The notes under the pieces are model-generated. The model saw only the letters and a program-made list of their open reading frames with translations, was not told the DNA's origin and made no database searches. Shown here in pieces: positions 48,520 through 58,931 of a stretch of 64,000 nt of DNA. How positions within the stretch are numbered: position 1 is the first letter of the stretch; every line of letters begins with the position of its first letter. This DNA is from an uncultured archaeon. GTDB lineage: Archaea; Aenigmatarchaeota; Aenigmatarchaeia; Aenigmatarchaeales; JAHLMS01. The stretch spans positions 69,185-133,184 of the forward strand of contig CAYGWB010000002.1 of the NCBI GenBank assembly GCA_964353775.1. Direction: 5' to 3'. A program made the translations under genes and the position numbers.

Positions 48520-49461
48520 ATGAAACAGGAAAAGATACTGATAACAGGCGGAGCGGGCTATCTGGGATCGATAGTAACAGAGTATTTCCTATCGAAAGGT
48601 TATGATGTCACGGTATATGACAATCTACTTTATAATCAAACCTCCCTATTCAACCTGTGTTATCATAAAAATTTTCACTTTGTATACGGGGATGTAAGGA
48701 ATCACGATCTGCTTGGAAAGATGATTGAAAAGGCTGATATCATATTCCCGCTTGCTGCGATAGTCGGGGCACCGGCATGTGAAAAGGCGCCGGACGTGAC
48801 GATTGCAGTAAATCAAAAGTCCATAGAGTGGTTAGCCAAACAAATAAGGCCGAACCAGAAAGTAGTCTTTCCGACAACTAACAGCGGATATGGCATAGGG
48901 CAGAAAGATATACATTGCACCGAGGAGACTCCACTAAAACCAATATCATTGTATGGTGTAACCAAAGTTGCGGCTGAAAAAGCGCTATTAGACACTGGAA
49001 ATGCGGTTACATTTCGTCTCGCAACAGTGTTCGGTTTTTCGCCACGTATGCGTCTCGACCTGCTGGTCAATGATTTCGTCTACAAAGCATTCAAGGACAA
49101 ATATATAGTAATGTTCGAGAAAGATTTCAAGCGTAACTTCTTGCACATACGCGATGTGCCAAGGCTCTTCGAACACGCAATAAATAATTATGACAAAATG
49201 AAGGGACAGACATTCAATGCTGGACTACCAGATGCGAACCTATCGAAGGAGGAACTGACACTGCTCATAAAGAAGTTCGTACAGGACTTCTACATAACCT
49301 GCTCGGAAATAAACAAGGACCCTGACAAAAGGAACTACATAATTTCGAACGACAAACTACTCGAGACAGGCTTTAAGTTCCAACACGGTCTTGAAGATGG
49401 TATAGTAGAGCTGCTCAAAGGTTATGCGATTCTGCGTGACAACCAATACAAAAACATATAG
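48520..49461 (+). CDS. NAD-dependent sugar epimerase/dehydratase (SDR family)
   Basis: TGGAGYLGS Rossmann motif; start moved to the ATG giving MKQEKIL. Confidence 0.8.
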   Translation: MKQEKILITGGAGYLGSIVTEYFLSKGYDVTVYDNLLYNQTSLFNLCYHKNFHFVYGDVRNHDLLGKMIEKADIIFPLAAIVGAPACEKAPDVTIAVNQKSIEWLAKQIRPNQKVVFPTTNSGYGIGQKDIHCTEETPLKPISLYGVTKVAAEKALLDTGNAVTFRLATVFGFSPRMRLDLLVNDFVYKAFKDKYIVMFEKDFKRNFLHIRDVPRLFEHAINNYDKMKGQTFNAGLPDANLSKEELTLLIKKFVQDFYITCSEINKDPDKRNYIISNDKLLETGFKFQHGLEDGIVELLKGYAILRDNQYKNI

Positions 49462-49469
49462 GCGAGAAC

Positions 49470-50420
49470 ATGAATTATAAGACACCGTTGTTGATTACAG
49501 GAGCTACAGGATTCATCGGTACGAACCTACAGGAGTCGCTACGCGATCGTGGCATAACGGATTTCGTTGCGCTTGGTTCGGAGCACTTCGATCTGACGGA
49601 ACAGACGCAAGTTCGAGCAATGTTCAAGAAATACAACCCGGAGAAGGTCATACATTTGGCCGCCTATGTCGGCGGGATACTGGCAAACAAGAGCTATCCG
49701 GCAGATTTCTGCTATCAGAACTTGATAATAAACACGCTAACTATACACGAGGCCAAGAACGCAGACGTGAAAAAGTTCCTGACGCTCATGGGCGGTTGCA
49801 GCTATCCGACGCATGCGCCGAACCCCATCAAAGAAGAATACATGTGGGACGGCTATCCGCAGAAGGAGAGCGCGCCCTACTCGGTCGCCAAGAAGATGGC
49901 AATCGTCCAGCTGAACAGCTACAGGCAGCAGTACGGATTCAACGGAGTCATGCTAATACCCGGGAACGTCTACGGACCACATGACAATTATTCCCTAAAC
50001 AATTCTCATGTAATACCTGGCCTCATACACAAATACTACAACGCGAAGAAGAACAACGAACCGCAGGTTGTGGTTTGGGGAACCGGCAACCCCACTCGCG
50101 ATTTCATATATGTGAGAGACGCGACCGACTGTATAGCAAAGGCATTTGAGGATTATAACGGAGAACAACTGATAAACATCTCCACGGGTGTGCGCACGCC
50201 GATAAAGGAACTGGTGAACACGATAGCTAAACACACCAAATATCAAGGCAAGATAGTTTGGGACACCACGAAGCCGGACGGACAGATGGAAAAGATATTT
50301 GATGTCACGCGAATGAAAGAAATACTCAAATTCACACCGAAGACGACGCTTGATGAGGGCATCAAGAAGACAGTAGCTTGGTTCGAAAATAATATGTCAT
50401 TAGGAAAGGTACGCATTTAG
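49470..50420 (+). CDS. fcl: GDP-L-fucose synthase-like epimerase/reductase
   Basis: TGATGFIG, then HLAAYVGGI..N..YPADF and other blocks typical of GDP-4-keto-6-deoxymannose epimerase/reductase. Confidence 0.65.
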   Translation: MNYKTPLLITGATGFIGTNLQESLRDRGITDFVALGSEHFDLTEQTQVRAMFKKYNPEKVIHLAAYVGGILANKSYPADFCYQNLIINTLTIHEAKNADVKKFLTLMGGCSYPTHAPNPIKEEYMWDGYPQKESAPYSVAKKMAIVQLNSYRQQYGFNGVMLIPGNVYGPHDNYSLNNSHVIPGLIHKYYNAKKNNEPQVVVWGTGNPTRDFIYVRDATDCIAKAFEDYNGEQLINISTGVRTPIKELVNTIAKHTKYQGKIVWDTTKPDGQMEKIFDVTRMKEILKFTPKTTLDEGIKKTVAWFENNMSLGKVRI

Positions 50421-50429
50421 GTTCTTTAC

Positions 50430-51098
50430 ATGAAAAAGTATGAGCACGTTGTTGCATATCGCATACCATATTCAATAAGAAGAATGGGTTTATGGATTTC
50501 TCATCCCGGGTTTGAAAAAAACCTAAAAAAACAACTTAATGATTGTGAAACTGTTTTAGATTTGGGATGTGGTCCGTCGTCACCAATAAGACCTTTTTCA
50601 AAAAGGTTTTACTCTGTTGGTGTCGATGCCTTTAGTAATTATATAAAGATTAGTAAAAAACATCGGATACACAATTCGTATCAGCTTATGAATATAATGG
50701 ACATCGATAAAAAATTTAAACCAAAATCATTTGACGGAGTAATTCTTATAGATGTTTTAGAACATTTAGACAAAGAAAGTGGTAAAATTATATTAAAAAA
50801 GGCTGAGCGAATTGCAAAGAAAAAGATTATAATTTCAACTCCAAATGGATTCGCTGCACAAAGTTTATATGATAAAAATCCATTACAACTACATAGATCC
50901 GGTTGGACTCCTCAAGAGTTAAAAAATAGAGGATATTGTGTGAATGGGTTACTTGGTTTGAAATGGATGCGCGGTGAATATGGTACGATTCGTTGCAAAC
51001 CATGGGTTTTTTGGATTTTGGTATCCTTCGTATCAGAGTTTTATGTATGGAATAGACCAGAAAAGGCAAGACAATTATTTTGCGTTAAAAATATTTAG
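50430..51098 (+). CDS. class I SAM-dependent methyltransferase
   Basis: VLDLGCGPS motif I; AT-rich. Confidence 0.7.
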   Translation: MKKYEHVVAYRIPYSIRRMGLWISHPGFEKNLKKQLNDCETVLDLGCGPSSPIRPFSKRFYSVGVDAFSNYIKISKKHRIHNSYQLMNIMDIDKKFKPKSFDGVILIDVLEHLDKESGKIILKKAERIAKKKIIISTPNGFAAQSLYDKNPLQLHRSGWTPQELKNRGYCVNGLLGLKWMRGEYGTIRCKPWVFWILVSFVSEFYVWNRPEKARQLFCVKNI

Positions 51099-51210
51099 TG
51101 ATTTGATATGAAATTTATAAACGAGAGATTGATACTACGAATTAGATTTTTCGAAGAGAACCTCTCATTTTTTAAGATGTACGAGACTAGGTACAATATA
51201 GGCGGTCCTC

Positions 51211-51870
51211 TTGGCTAAAGAAATAAATATAATCAATAAAATAAAAAATATTGTCTTTCCAACTGAAAGGGTTGTTCCAGGCGTTGCTCCTAATGAGCTA
51301 TTTCAAGAGCACATAACCAAATACGAATGGGTAAGCAAATATGTCAATGGCAAGACGGTTCTAGACATCGCTTGTGGTACTGGCTACGGGTCTTCTCTAC
51401 TTCTTTTTCGAGGTGCCAAACGCATATATGGTGGTGATATATCTGAGGAGGCAATAAAATTTGCAAAAGAACACTATAGGAACATAGATTTTCGTGTCAT
51501 GAATGCCGAGCAGCTACCATTCGAGGATAATTTTTTTGATGTGATAGTTTCTCTAGAAACTCTAGAACATCTCTCTAACCCTGAAAAATTTGTTGGTGAA
51601 GCGAAACGTTTGTTGAAGACTGGAGGAGTTCTAATAATTTCTACACCAGCAATGCGTGTTCGTAATCCATTTCATGTTAAAGAATTCTTTACAAAGAATG
51701 AACTGGAAGAAATGTTATCATCCTTTTCAAATATAGAATTCTTCGGCCAGTTCAGAAAAATATCACGTATAAAAAGATTGTTGAGGCTATTAGGCCTTAT
51801 AAGTTTAGATTATAGCATATCACCATATTCACCAAACCATATGTTTATGATTGTTGTGTGCATAAAGTGA
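51211..51870 (+). CDS. class I SAM-dependent methyltransferase
   Basis: VLDIACGTGYGS motif I. Confidence 0.75.
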   Translation: MAKEINIINKIKNIVFPTERVVPGVAPNELFQEHITKYEWVSKYVNGKTVLDIACGTGYGSSLLLFRGAKRIYGGDISEEAIKFAKEHYRNIDFRVMNAEQLPFEDNFFDVIVSLETLEHLSNPEKFVGEAKRLLKTGGVLIISTPAMRVRNPFHVKEFFTKNELEEMLSSFSNIEFFGQFRKISRIKRLLRLLGLISLDYSISPYSPNHMFMIVVCIK

Positions 51871-51876
51871 TGATAT

Positions 51877-52635
51877 ATGAAAATATTCATATTGGGTCAT
51901 AAAGGGTTTGTCGGGAGCGGCATATCTGACTACTTCACATCCAAAGGCGTCGAGTTCGAAGGCATAGACAGAAGCAACTATGGTAGTCTTGTTGGTAAGG
52001 AATGTGACCTTTTCATAAACGTGGCTGGAAGCTCAAAGAAGAGGCTGGCGACCACTGATCCAAAGATAGATTTTGCGGCAAACGTTGTCGATACCGCAAA
52101 TTCCATATTCGATTTTAAGGCGAAAAAATACGTCTACCTATCGACGATAGACGTCTACAACAATGTATCATCGAAACCGAAGGAGATAACAATCATAGAG
52201 CCTTTGAAGCTCAGCAATTACGGCTTTGATAAATATTTTGCCGAGCAGATAGTTAGGAAATACTGCCCGAGTTGGATCATAGTCAGAGCGGCTGGAATGG
52301 TAGGCAGAAACATGAGCAAGAACGCTGTTTTCGATATTCTCAATTTCGGCAAGACGTTCGTGTCTCCGAAATCAGAATATCAGTACATGAACACTCTTGA
52401 TCTTGGCAGAATCTTACATCAACTTTCAGAAAAGACAGAAAATGACATTTTTAATGTTTGCGGGGACGGGGCAATAGCTGTCGAGGAGATAGCAAAAATA
52501 GCTGGCGTCACATTGCCAAAGGAGTGCTACAAACTTCCAGCCGAAAAATATGAAGTCGATGTATCAAAAGCATCAAAATACTGTAAAATACCTAAGACGC
52601 GAGACACAATTATTGACTTTATGAAAAACAGGTAA
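51877..52635 (+). CDS. NAD(P)-dependent sugar reductase/epimerase (RmlD-like SDR)
   Basis: N-terminal ILGHKGFVGS Rossmann motif. Confidence 0.6.
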   Translation: MKIFILGHKGFVGSGISDYFTSKGVEFEGIDRSNYGSLVGKECDLFINVAGSSKKRLATTDPKIDFAANVVDTANSIFDFKAKKYVYLSTIDVYNNVSSKPKEITIIEPLKLSNYGFDKYFAEQIVRKYCPSWIIVRAAGMVGRNMSKNAVFDILNFGKTFVSPKSEYQYMNTLDLGRILHQLSEKTENDIFNVCGDGAIAVEEIAKIAGVTLPKECYKLPAEKYEVDVSKASKYCKIPKTRDTIIDFMKNR

Positions 52636-52639
52636 TACG

Positions 52640-53980
52640 ATGAAAAACGTTGATCAGTCTTTTAATGTAGAGATAATTTCACCTCTCAAGAAACAGTCTG
52701 ACATATGCGTAGTGATAATAACCTTTGCCAGGGTCGATTATGTTATTGACATTGTGAACAGGCTACAGAACCAGACATACAAACCTGACATTCTAGTGAC
52801 AGACAACAGTCCGGACTCAAAAATAGCTATGGAACTTAAGAAAAAATTTCCAAACATAGGAATAATAGAGATAAAGGGCGGTAATGTAGGACCCGCAGGC
52901 ACATTTTTTGTTGGCGAAAAGTTCGCATATGACGCTGGTTACAAATACATAATCATAGCTGATGATGATGCTTTTCCGGAGTCAAAGAAACTTATAGAAG
53001 TTGCAGTCAAGACGCTTGAGAAAGATACCGCAGCCAGTGTCGTGATTTCATCTCAAATCAACAATACGAAAACATATGACATAGCCCAGCTCAGTGTCAT
53101 ACGACGCGAGGTGTTTGAAAAAATAGGGTTCACGTTTGCACCAATATTTAGGGTTGGTGAAGACGTAGACTTTACACGTCGAGTGAGACTTGCCGGATTT
53201 AAGATTGTACACAGCCCTGAACTTTATAGACATCCACCAATGTTTATTTCAGGTCTGTCTCCAAGACAGACATATTATCTTATTCGAAATCATTGTTTTG
53301 GTTCTTGTTCAAATATAAATAAGATAACAAGTCCAACAGTAATATTCCCATTACTACTTATTGGATATTTTTGGGTACATCTGTTAGAGAAACGAAGCGG
53401 TTTTAGGAGAGCAATACAGCTAGCGCTGTCAGATTTTATTCATCTTAATTTTGGGCCAGTATGCGCAGAAGCCAATGTCAGTCAGTCGCACTGCCTTAAT
53501 AGAACCATATCTGGCGAGCAGCTTGCTGAAGCGCCAGCAAACACCAATAATTATACATTGATTGCGCGTTCGGATACAATAATTAATATGATGAAGCCTG
53601 ACTCCCGCAAACGGATAACTGATGTCTGTAATTTAGATATTTCTGGTGCCTATGAGGCTAAAAAGAGAAAATATCTAAAGACGCTGAAACTTTTCAGATA
53701 CAGCGGTCGAAATGTAATTTTAAACGAGCACATACCGCCGCCATTGCTGTATCTCTTCAGGTCCGTCAGCATATACGATTTTAATAAAGATAGATTTATG
53801 TCACTTACGAAAGAAAGAGGGACATTTTCCAGAACACTATGTCTAATAATAACGTTGTTTGGTTCTATAGCCCTGTTGTCATTAATGTTGCCTATGATGT
53901 TCATCTGGCACATTTTATTCTTGCCATATGATTTCTTCGAAAGAAAGTCAAAAGAGCTTAAAATAATATACGAGAAATAA
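52640..53980 (+). CDS. glycosyltransferase family 2 with C-terminal membrane segment
   Basis: GT-A fold with a DDDA motif, followed by a C-terminal hydrophobic segment. Confidence 0.65.
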   Translation: MKNVDQSFNVEIISPLKKQSDICVVIITFARVDYVIDIVNRLQNQTYKPDILVTDNSPDSKIAMELKKKFPNIGIIEIKGGNVGPAGTFFVGEKFAYDAGYKYIIIADDDAFPESKKLIEVAVKTLEKDTAASVVISSQINNTKTYDIAQLSVIRREVFEKIGFTFAPIFRVGEDVDFTRRVRLAGFKIVHSPELYRHPPMFISGLSPRQTYYLIRNHCFGSCSNINKITSPTVIFPLLLIGYFWVHLLEKRSGFRRAIQLALSDFIHLNFGPVCAEANVSQSHCLNRTISGEQLAEAPANTNNYTLIARSDTIINMMKPDSRKRITDVCNLDISGAYEAKKRKYLKTLKLFRYSGRNVILNEHIPPPLLYLFRSVSIYDFNKDRFMSLTKERGTFSRTLCLIITLFGSIALLSLMLPMMFIWHILFLPYDFFERKSKELKIIYEK

Positions 53981-56062
53981 CTAAATCACTTCGAATATCT
54001 TGACTTCTTCGTTCCTGAACACTTCTTTGAAGTGCTCAAGACCCTGGCCTTCGAGCATGAACATCTTTGTGAAGACGGCTTCCCGCAGGGTCGGCGGAAT
54101 CATTACAATATAGCTGCCATCAGACGGCATCCAGATGGTGTACGGGGAAGTCTGGTTGACGAACTTGATCTTAAGCTGGCTTTCAAGCGGCTGTAGCTGT
54201 TCTGTGATGGCTGTGACATTATAATCAGAGAACTTTGCTGTGACCGGAGTCGTCCCGTTGTAGAATATGATTTCGTTGAATATGGCCGCGCTCCTGCCCT
54301 GTATCACTATAGGTATCGGCGGCGTACCTGACAAAACAATTATGTTTGAATAGTAGCGGGCCGCTATGCTGCCGTCCTGGCCGTAGGCATACTTCTCCAG
54401 ACCGATCATGCCATATAATGGACAACGGCTCTCGGTTCGAGCGTCACAGCCGGTGCCGAAGTACTGGACCCATTGAAACTTACCGATCAGGTCGTTCGAC
54501 GCAATCCAATAAGCCTTTTCAGACGTGCCCTGATATTTGTGGATGAGCTCCACTGACTCGTTCTCATCCGAAGTTGCCATGATCTTGCCAAGGTCCGTTA
54601 TACGGTCATTTATGTTCCACATACATTGATAACCGCAGTGAGCACCATCTCCGATATTTCTTCGTTCTGCAAGCGCGGCGATCATGTGACCGGGATCCCA
54701 CCACGTTCCGATTATCGAAGATTCCGGAGTGCTCGTTTTGATCCATAACCATGCGTTGTCCCAGTTCGGACTCACGTCCGGTCCCACTTGCTGGCCGACC
54801 TGAAGACCTATGCCGGCCGCAATCAACATAATTGTCAACCCCAGTCCCAGTGCGAACGACTGCAAGAACTTGTCACGTTTTGACCAGTTCATGAAGTATC
54901 CCCAACCGGCCGCGACAGCGATCAGTATCAATGCTGAGCTGAACTCAGTAAATCGGATTCCACGCAGCGTTGTTATAACAGCTATTCCCAATAGCGCAAT
55001 CAGGAAACTCGCATTAAGAGTGTTCTGACGCCAACTTTGCCAAAGACCAAATATCGCAAGCGCAATGAAAGTAATGAACAGCGTGATGTCGACCATGCCT
55101 TCGCCGGTCACAAACCGTCCGGCGGCCATCATCCACGTTCCGATGCTCGTGAGGTCTACCAATTGCAGTTCGGCTATGCTTATGTTGACTATCCATGATT
55201 CTGCCCTTGTTGCGAAGCCTGTCAGATACGAGAGTGCCGTCACCACATTTATGCTAAGTATCGATCCGGCTATGCCCATTGCAACAAAAAGCATTATAAT
55301 AACAGCAATCATTTTTGATGAACGCTTCCAAGCCATGACAGCGCGGGTCGCCATCTTTGGTTTTGACAACTCGTCTTTTGAGCTGTGCTCTCCCAAAACC
55401 GTAGTCATTAAAAAGTATATCATTATTCCTCCAATCAGGAAGAACCAGCTGTACAAAAACATCGCCCACGACATCATGAAGCCGATAAAGCAACCGGCCG
55501 CCAGGCAAAAACTGGCAGGCGTACGTTTCCTGATCGCGTATATGCCGGCCCATAATGTCAGCAGAATGAATAGCAATGCGATTTGGTCTGTGTCAAAACT
55601 GGCACCGAATGTTCGTATTAGAATCTGCGGAGCAGTCCCGACTAGTGCTGCTGAAAGAAGTCCGCCCCACTTGTTCGACAGCTCACGGCCAAGAAGAAAC
55701 GCAGGTATCACTATGGCCGCACCGAGCAATGCCGACACATAATTTGCAATCGCCATCAGGCTGAACCCCAGGCCTTTGAGTAGCCACCATCCAAAAACAG
55801 TCAGAAACCACAACAAAGGCGGACTAGTGTTGAACTCCACCGCCCGCCCCATGTAATATGTCAGTTCGTCCCATGCCGGTAATGTTCCCCAATCAGCGAG
55901 ATACCTCGTGAACCTGAATTGATATATTGGGTCATAACCGAGCAATCTGTCCGGAATAGTGTTAATACCGCGTATGTAATAGCTGAAGAGAAAGATTATA
56001 GCCAGCGCCGCGACGGGCCACCACTTCAGAGCGAACGCTTTCAGCTTCTCCTTGTCCATCAT
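53981..56062 (-). CDS. aglB: oligosaccharyltransferase AglB (STT3 homologue)
   Basis: 693 aa, about 13 transmembrane helices, and the WWDPGH variant of the WWDYG catalytic motif. Confidence 0.85.
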   Translation of the reverse strand: MMDKEKLKAFALKWWPVAALAIIFLFSYYIRGINTIPDRLLGYDPIYQFRFTRYLADWGTLPAWDELTYYMGRAVEFNTSPPLLWFLTVFGWWLLKGLGFSLMAIANYVSALLGAAIVIPAFLLGRELSNKWGGLLSAALVGTAPQILIRTFGASFDTDQIALLFILLTLWAGIYAIRKRTPASFCLAAGCFIGFMMSWAMFLYSWFFLIGGIMIYFLMTTVLGEHSSKDELSKPKMATRAVMAWKRSSKMIAVIIMLFVAMGIAGSILSINVVTALSYLTGFATRAESWIVNISIAELQLVDLTSIGTWMMAAGRFVTGEGMVDITLFITFIALAIFGLWQSWRQNTLNASFLIALLGIAVITTLRGIRFTEFSSALILIAVAAGWGYFMNWSKRDKFLQSFALGLGLTIMLIAAGIGLQVGQQVGPDVSPNWDNAWLWIKTSTPESSIIGTWWDPGHMIAALAERRNIGDGAHCGYQCMWNINDRITDLGKIMATSDENESVELIHKYQGTSEKAYWIASNDLIGKFQWVQYFGTGCDARTESRCPLYGMIGLEKYAYGQDGSIAARYYSNIIVLSGTPPIPIVIQGRSAAIFNEIIFYNGTTPVTAKFSDYNVTAITEQLQPLESQLKIKFVNQTSPYTIWMPSDGSYIVMIPPTLREAVFTKMFMLEGQGLEHFKEVFRNEEVKIFEVI

Positions 56063-56115
56063 ACCACGTGTGCTAATTAGAAATTGGAAAGTTTAAAAAG
56101 GTAGGATAAAGAAGC

Positions 56116-56240
56116 TACCATTCTTCTTCCTCTTCGTTGGTCTTCTCTTCCGGCGCCTCCTCAACAACGAACTCCTGTTCCGGGACTTCTTCCGTTTCAG
56201 GTACCACAGGCTTCTTCAGCATCTTTTTTGGCTTGATCAT
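56116..56240 (-). CDS. 41-aa highly acidic small protein, not in the ORF track
   Basis: Strong GGAGGTG Shine-Dalgarno 5 nt upstream of the ATG. Ends EEEEEW. Lies immediately upstream of aglB on the same strand. Confidence 0.4.
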
Positions 56241-56297
56241 TGCGACACCTCCAATAAACCCATGCTTATTTTAGCTTTGTCATAGCTATTTAAAGTT

Positions 56298-57281
56298 ATG
56301 CAAAATCCTTTCCGGTACGCCAGAGGTGCGGACGCCAAACAGCTGATGGAGGACAAGTTCAGGCAGGCTGGCGTAGCCGCGAAGCGGGCGAAGGTAGAAG
56401 GATATATTGCGGAGAAGGCGGCCCAGAAGGAGGGCGTCAGGATCAAGATGGTCGGTTCGTCCATCAGCGGCGAGCTGAAGGCCGTTGCGAAGTCCTGGCC
56501 GCATTTCTATAGGATGCCCGCGATATACAGGGAACTCTCAGAAGTGCTGGTCGGCTCGTACAAGATAAGGAAGTCGGCCGAGTTCTGCGTGTGGACGGCC
56601 AACCAGATAAAGGACCTGCAGATGATATCGCTGAAACGGCTGGAGCACATACGCACGACGTTCGATGCCAGGAACGTGCGGCAGTATTTCTACGGAAGGA
56701 CGTCCGCTTATCTTAGGCGCTGCAGCCGTGAGCTGAAAGTGTTGACAGATGCCTCGACGCTGCTGAGGGACATACCGGACATACAGGACCTGCCAAACAT
56801 CATCATAGTCGGGCTGCCGAACGTAGGAAAGACGAGCATGCTGAGGGCGCTCACAGGCAGTTCGCCTGAAATCTCGCCTTGGCCCTTCACGACAAAAGGT
56901 CTCATGCTTGGCTACACCGAATTCGGGTTCCACAAGGTCCAGTTCATCGATACGCCAGGCCTTTTGGACAGGCCGGCATCTAAGCGCAACCCCATAGAGA
57001 AGCAGGCCGTGACCGTGCTGAAGCTGCTGGCCAACTTGATAGTCTACATCTTCGACCCGAGCGAGACCTGCGGCTATTCGCTCGAGCAGCAGATCAGGCA
57101 GTATCATGACATAAAGAAGACGTTCGATAAGCCCATCATTGCCGTTGCGAACAAGATAGACATCGTCGGCAGCAGGCCTGTCTTGGAGATAGGGCTGCCA
57201 GCAATCCCGGTGTCCACCGATACAGGAGAGGGTATCGAACTGCTCAAGAAAACGATAAGGGAAAAAATCAAGCCCGAGTGA
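56298..57281 (+). CDS. NOG1-family GTP-binding protein
   Basis: G1 GLPNVGKTS, G3 DTPG, and an N-terminal NOG1-like helical domain. Confidence 0.85.
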   Translation: MQNPFRYARGADAKQLMEDKFRQAGVAAKRAKVEGYIAEKAAQKEGVRIKMVGSSISGELKAVAKSWPHFYRMPAIYRELSEVLVGSYKIRKSAEFCVWTANQIKDLQMISLKRLEHIRTTFDARNVRQYFYGRTSAYLRRCSRELKVLTDASTLLRDIPDIQDLPNIIIVGLPNVGKTSMLRALTGSSPEISPWPFTTKGLMLGYTEFGFHKVQFIDTPGLLDRPASKRNPIEKQAVTVLKLLANLIVYIFDPSETCGYSLEQQIRQYHDIKKTFDKPIIAVANKIDIVGSRPVLEIGLPAIPVSTDTGEGIELLKKTIREKIKPE

Positions 57282-58272
57282 CGGTTATTGTTCTAGGCCC
57301 GCCTTCGATCCTGAACCTTACTGGAAGGAAGCTCTCGATGACCGAGATGTTCGTCAGCATGTGCTGGGTTATCTGGCCGACCGCGATTGTTCCTGAGCCC
57401 ACAATCGCCATGTACGGGAGTAGCATGTCACCCACATGTCGGTCGACCGTACTGTCAATGTCTGCCAGTAGGTTCTTCACGGCCTCCTTGGCCACGTCCT
57501 CTGCAGACTTGCTGATTTCGCCGATTGCATCGCCACCGATGACGGAATTTTCAGTTTTGGCGACCAACAGCAGACCAGTGCCCGGAGAAATAGAATCGAC
57601 ATATACGATTTCTACTTTCGGCTTCAAGCCGAACTTTTCTGTCAACAGCCTGGCAGCAGTTTCCGCCTGCCGTTCGGCAACCTTTCTTTCCTTCAGCCGT
57701 TGCGAGGCAATGGACAGGCAGAATATTTCTTTCAGTTTTCCCGCGTTTGTCAGTTGCAGCTCTTTAGGCTTCAGCGGCGCGGTCGTGACTTCTACTAGCG
57801 CGCCGCCTTTCGGATAAAAGCCGTCACGGACGACATTTATTTTCGTGTCGTCGCCCAGCAGGGGAAACAGCACGTGCTGCAGATAGTAAGGCGAGGGCGC
57901 CCACTTGCCGAACGTTCCACCGCCTTCGAACTTTATATTGATAGACTTGGGCAGCTGAGAAGTTGGAATCAGCAGAGCCTGCAGCACGAGTCCGATGGAG
58001 CCGGCCGTGTTGATTTTTATTTTCAGGTCTTTGGCTTGGAGCTTCTTTGGGATGAACTCAAGCTCGGACGAGCCGACTGCCAGCCCTTTAACTTCTGCGT
58101 CACAGAGCTCGGCAAGCGACCTTATGCCTTCCATGTGCTGGACCTTCAGACCGGGCGGTTCTCGCGAGCCGCGGATGTTCTTGATACGGACAGGTTTGCC
58201 GGTCAGCGCAGAAAAGGCAACGGCAGTGCGTACGAACTGTCCGCCAGCCTCTGCGCCGTCCAGTTCTATCAT
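57268..58272 (-). CDS. rtcA: RNA 3'-terminal phosphate cyclase
   Basis: MIELDGAEAGGQFVRTAVAFSALTGKPVRIKNIR signature N-terminus; 334 aa. Confidence 0.9.
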   Translation of the reverse strand: MIELDGAEAGGQFVRTAVAFSALTGKPVRIKNIRGSREPPGLKVQHMEGIRSLAELCDAEVKGLAVGSSELEFIPKKLQAKDLKIKINTAGSIGLVLQALLIPTSQLPKSINIKFEGGGTFGKWAPSPYYLQHVLFPLLGDDTKINVVRDGFYPKGGALVEVTTAPLKPKELQLTNAGKLKEIFCLSIASQRLKERKVAERQAETAARLLTEKFGLKPKVEIVYVDSISPGTGLLLVAKTENSVIGGDAIGEISKSAEDVAKEAVKNLLADIDSTVDRHVGDMLLPYMAIVGSGTIAVGQITQHMLTNISVIESFLPVRFRIEGGPRTITVTRA

Positions 58273-58931
58273 ATCAGGCCGAACCTTCTTTTCAGGAGCC
58301 AGAAGAAGTTCTTGAACCCTCTGATCATCGCGCCCTTCGGGTGGAAAACAGGAACCTTTATTTTTATTTCAGCGATTTTGAACTTGTTTCTCCATGCTTC
58401 GTATGCAGCATCCATCTCACGCTCGTAGCGCATCCCTTTCAGTTTCATCTTCTTTGCCGCGTCCAATGTCATGGCCCTGAAGCCGCATTCAGTGTCGTGC
58501 AGGCCGGTCGGACATAGTATATTCGTAAGTAACGTAAGGCCCCAGTTCCCGATTTTTCGGTCTAACGGATAGTTCGAGAGATCGCGCCAACCAGCGACGT
58601 AATCATAGCCCGTACGGAGCTTCGATATGAACTCAGGAATATATTTTGGGTCTAGCTGGCCGTCCGCGTCGACGAAAATTATTGCGTCGGGCTTCAATGA
58701 GATGGCCTTCGCAAGCCCGAACCGAGACGCGGCGCCGACGCCCATGTTGTGCGGAAGCTTCAAAACAGAAGCGCCAGCCTTCTTTGAAACATCAGCGGTC
58801 CCGTCTTCCGAGCCGTCGTCGACGACAATTACTTTTTGAATTGACGGCAGCTTTTTCGTCCTCTTGATGACCATGCCGATCGTATCGGCCTCGTTGTAGG
58901 CCGGTATAACCACAACTACTTGCATGGACAA
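58269..58931 (-). CDS. glycosyltransferase family 2 (dolichol-phosphate mannosyltransferase-like)
   Basis: VIPAYNEA...VVDDGSEDGT...VDADGQ. Confidence 0.8.
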   Translation of the reverse strand: MSMQVVVVIPAYNEADTIGMVIKRTKKLPSIQKVIVVDDGSEDGTADVSKKAGASVLKLPHNMGVGAASRFGLAKAISLKPDAIIFVDADGQLDPKYIPEFISKLRTGYDYVAGWRDLSNYPLDRKIGNWGLTLLTNILCPTGLHDTECGFRAMTLDAAKKMKLKGMRYEREMDAAYEAWRNKFKIAEIKIKVPVFHPKGAMIRGFKNFFWLLKRRFGLI

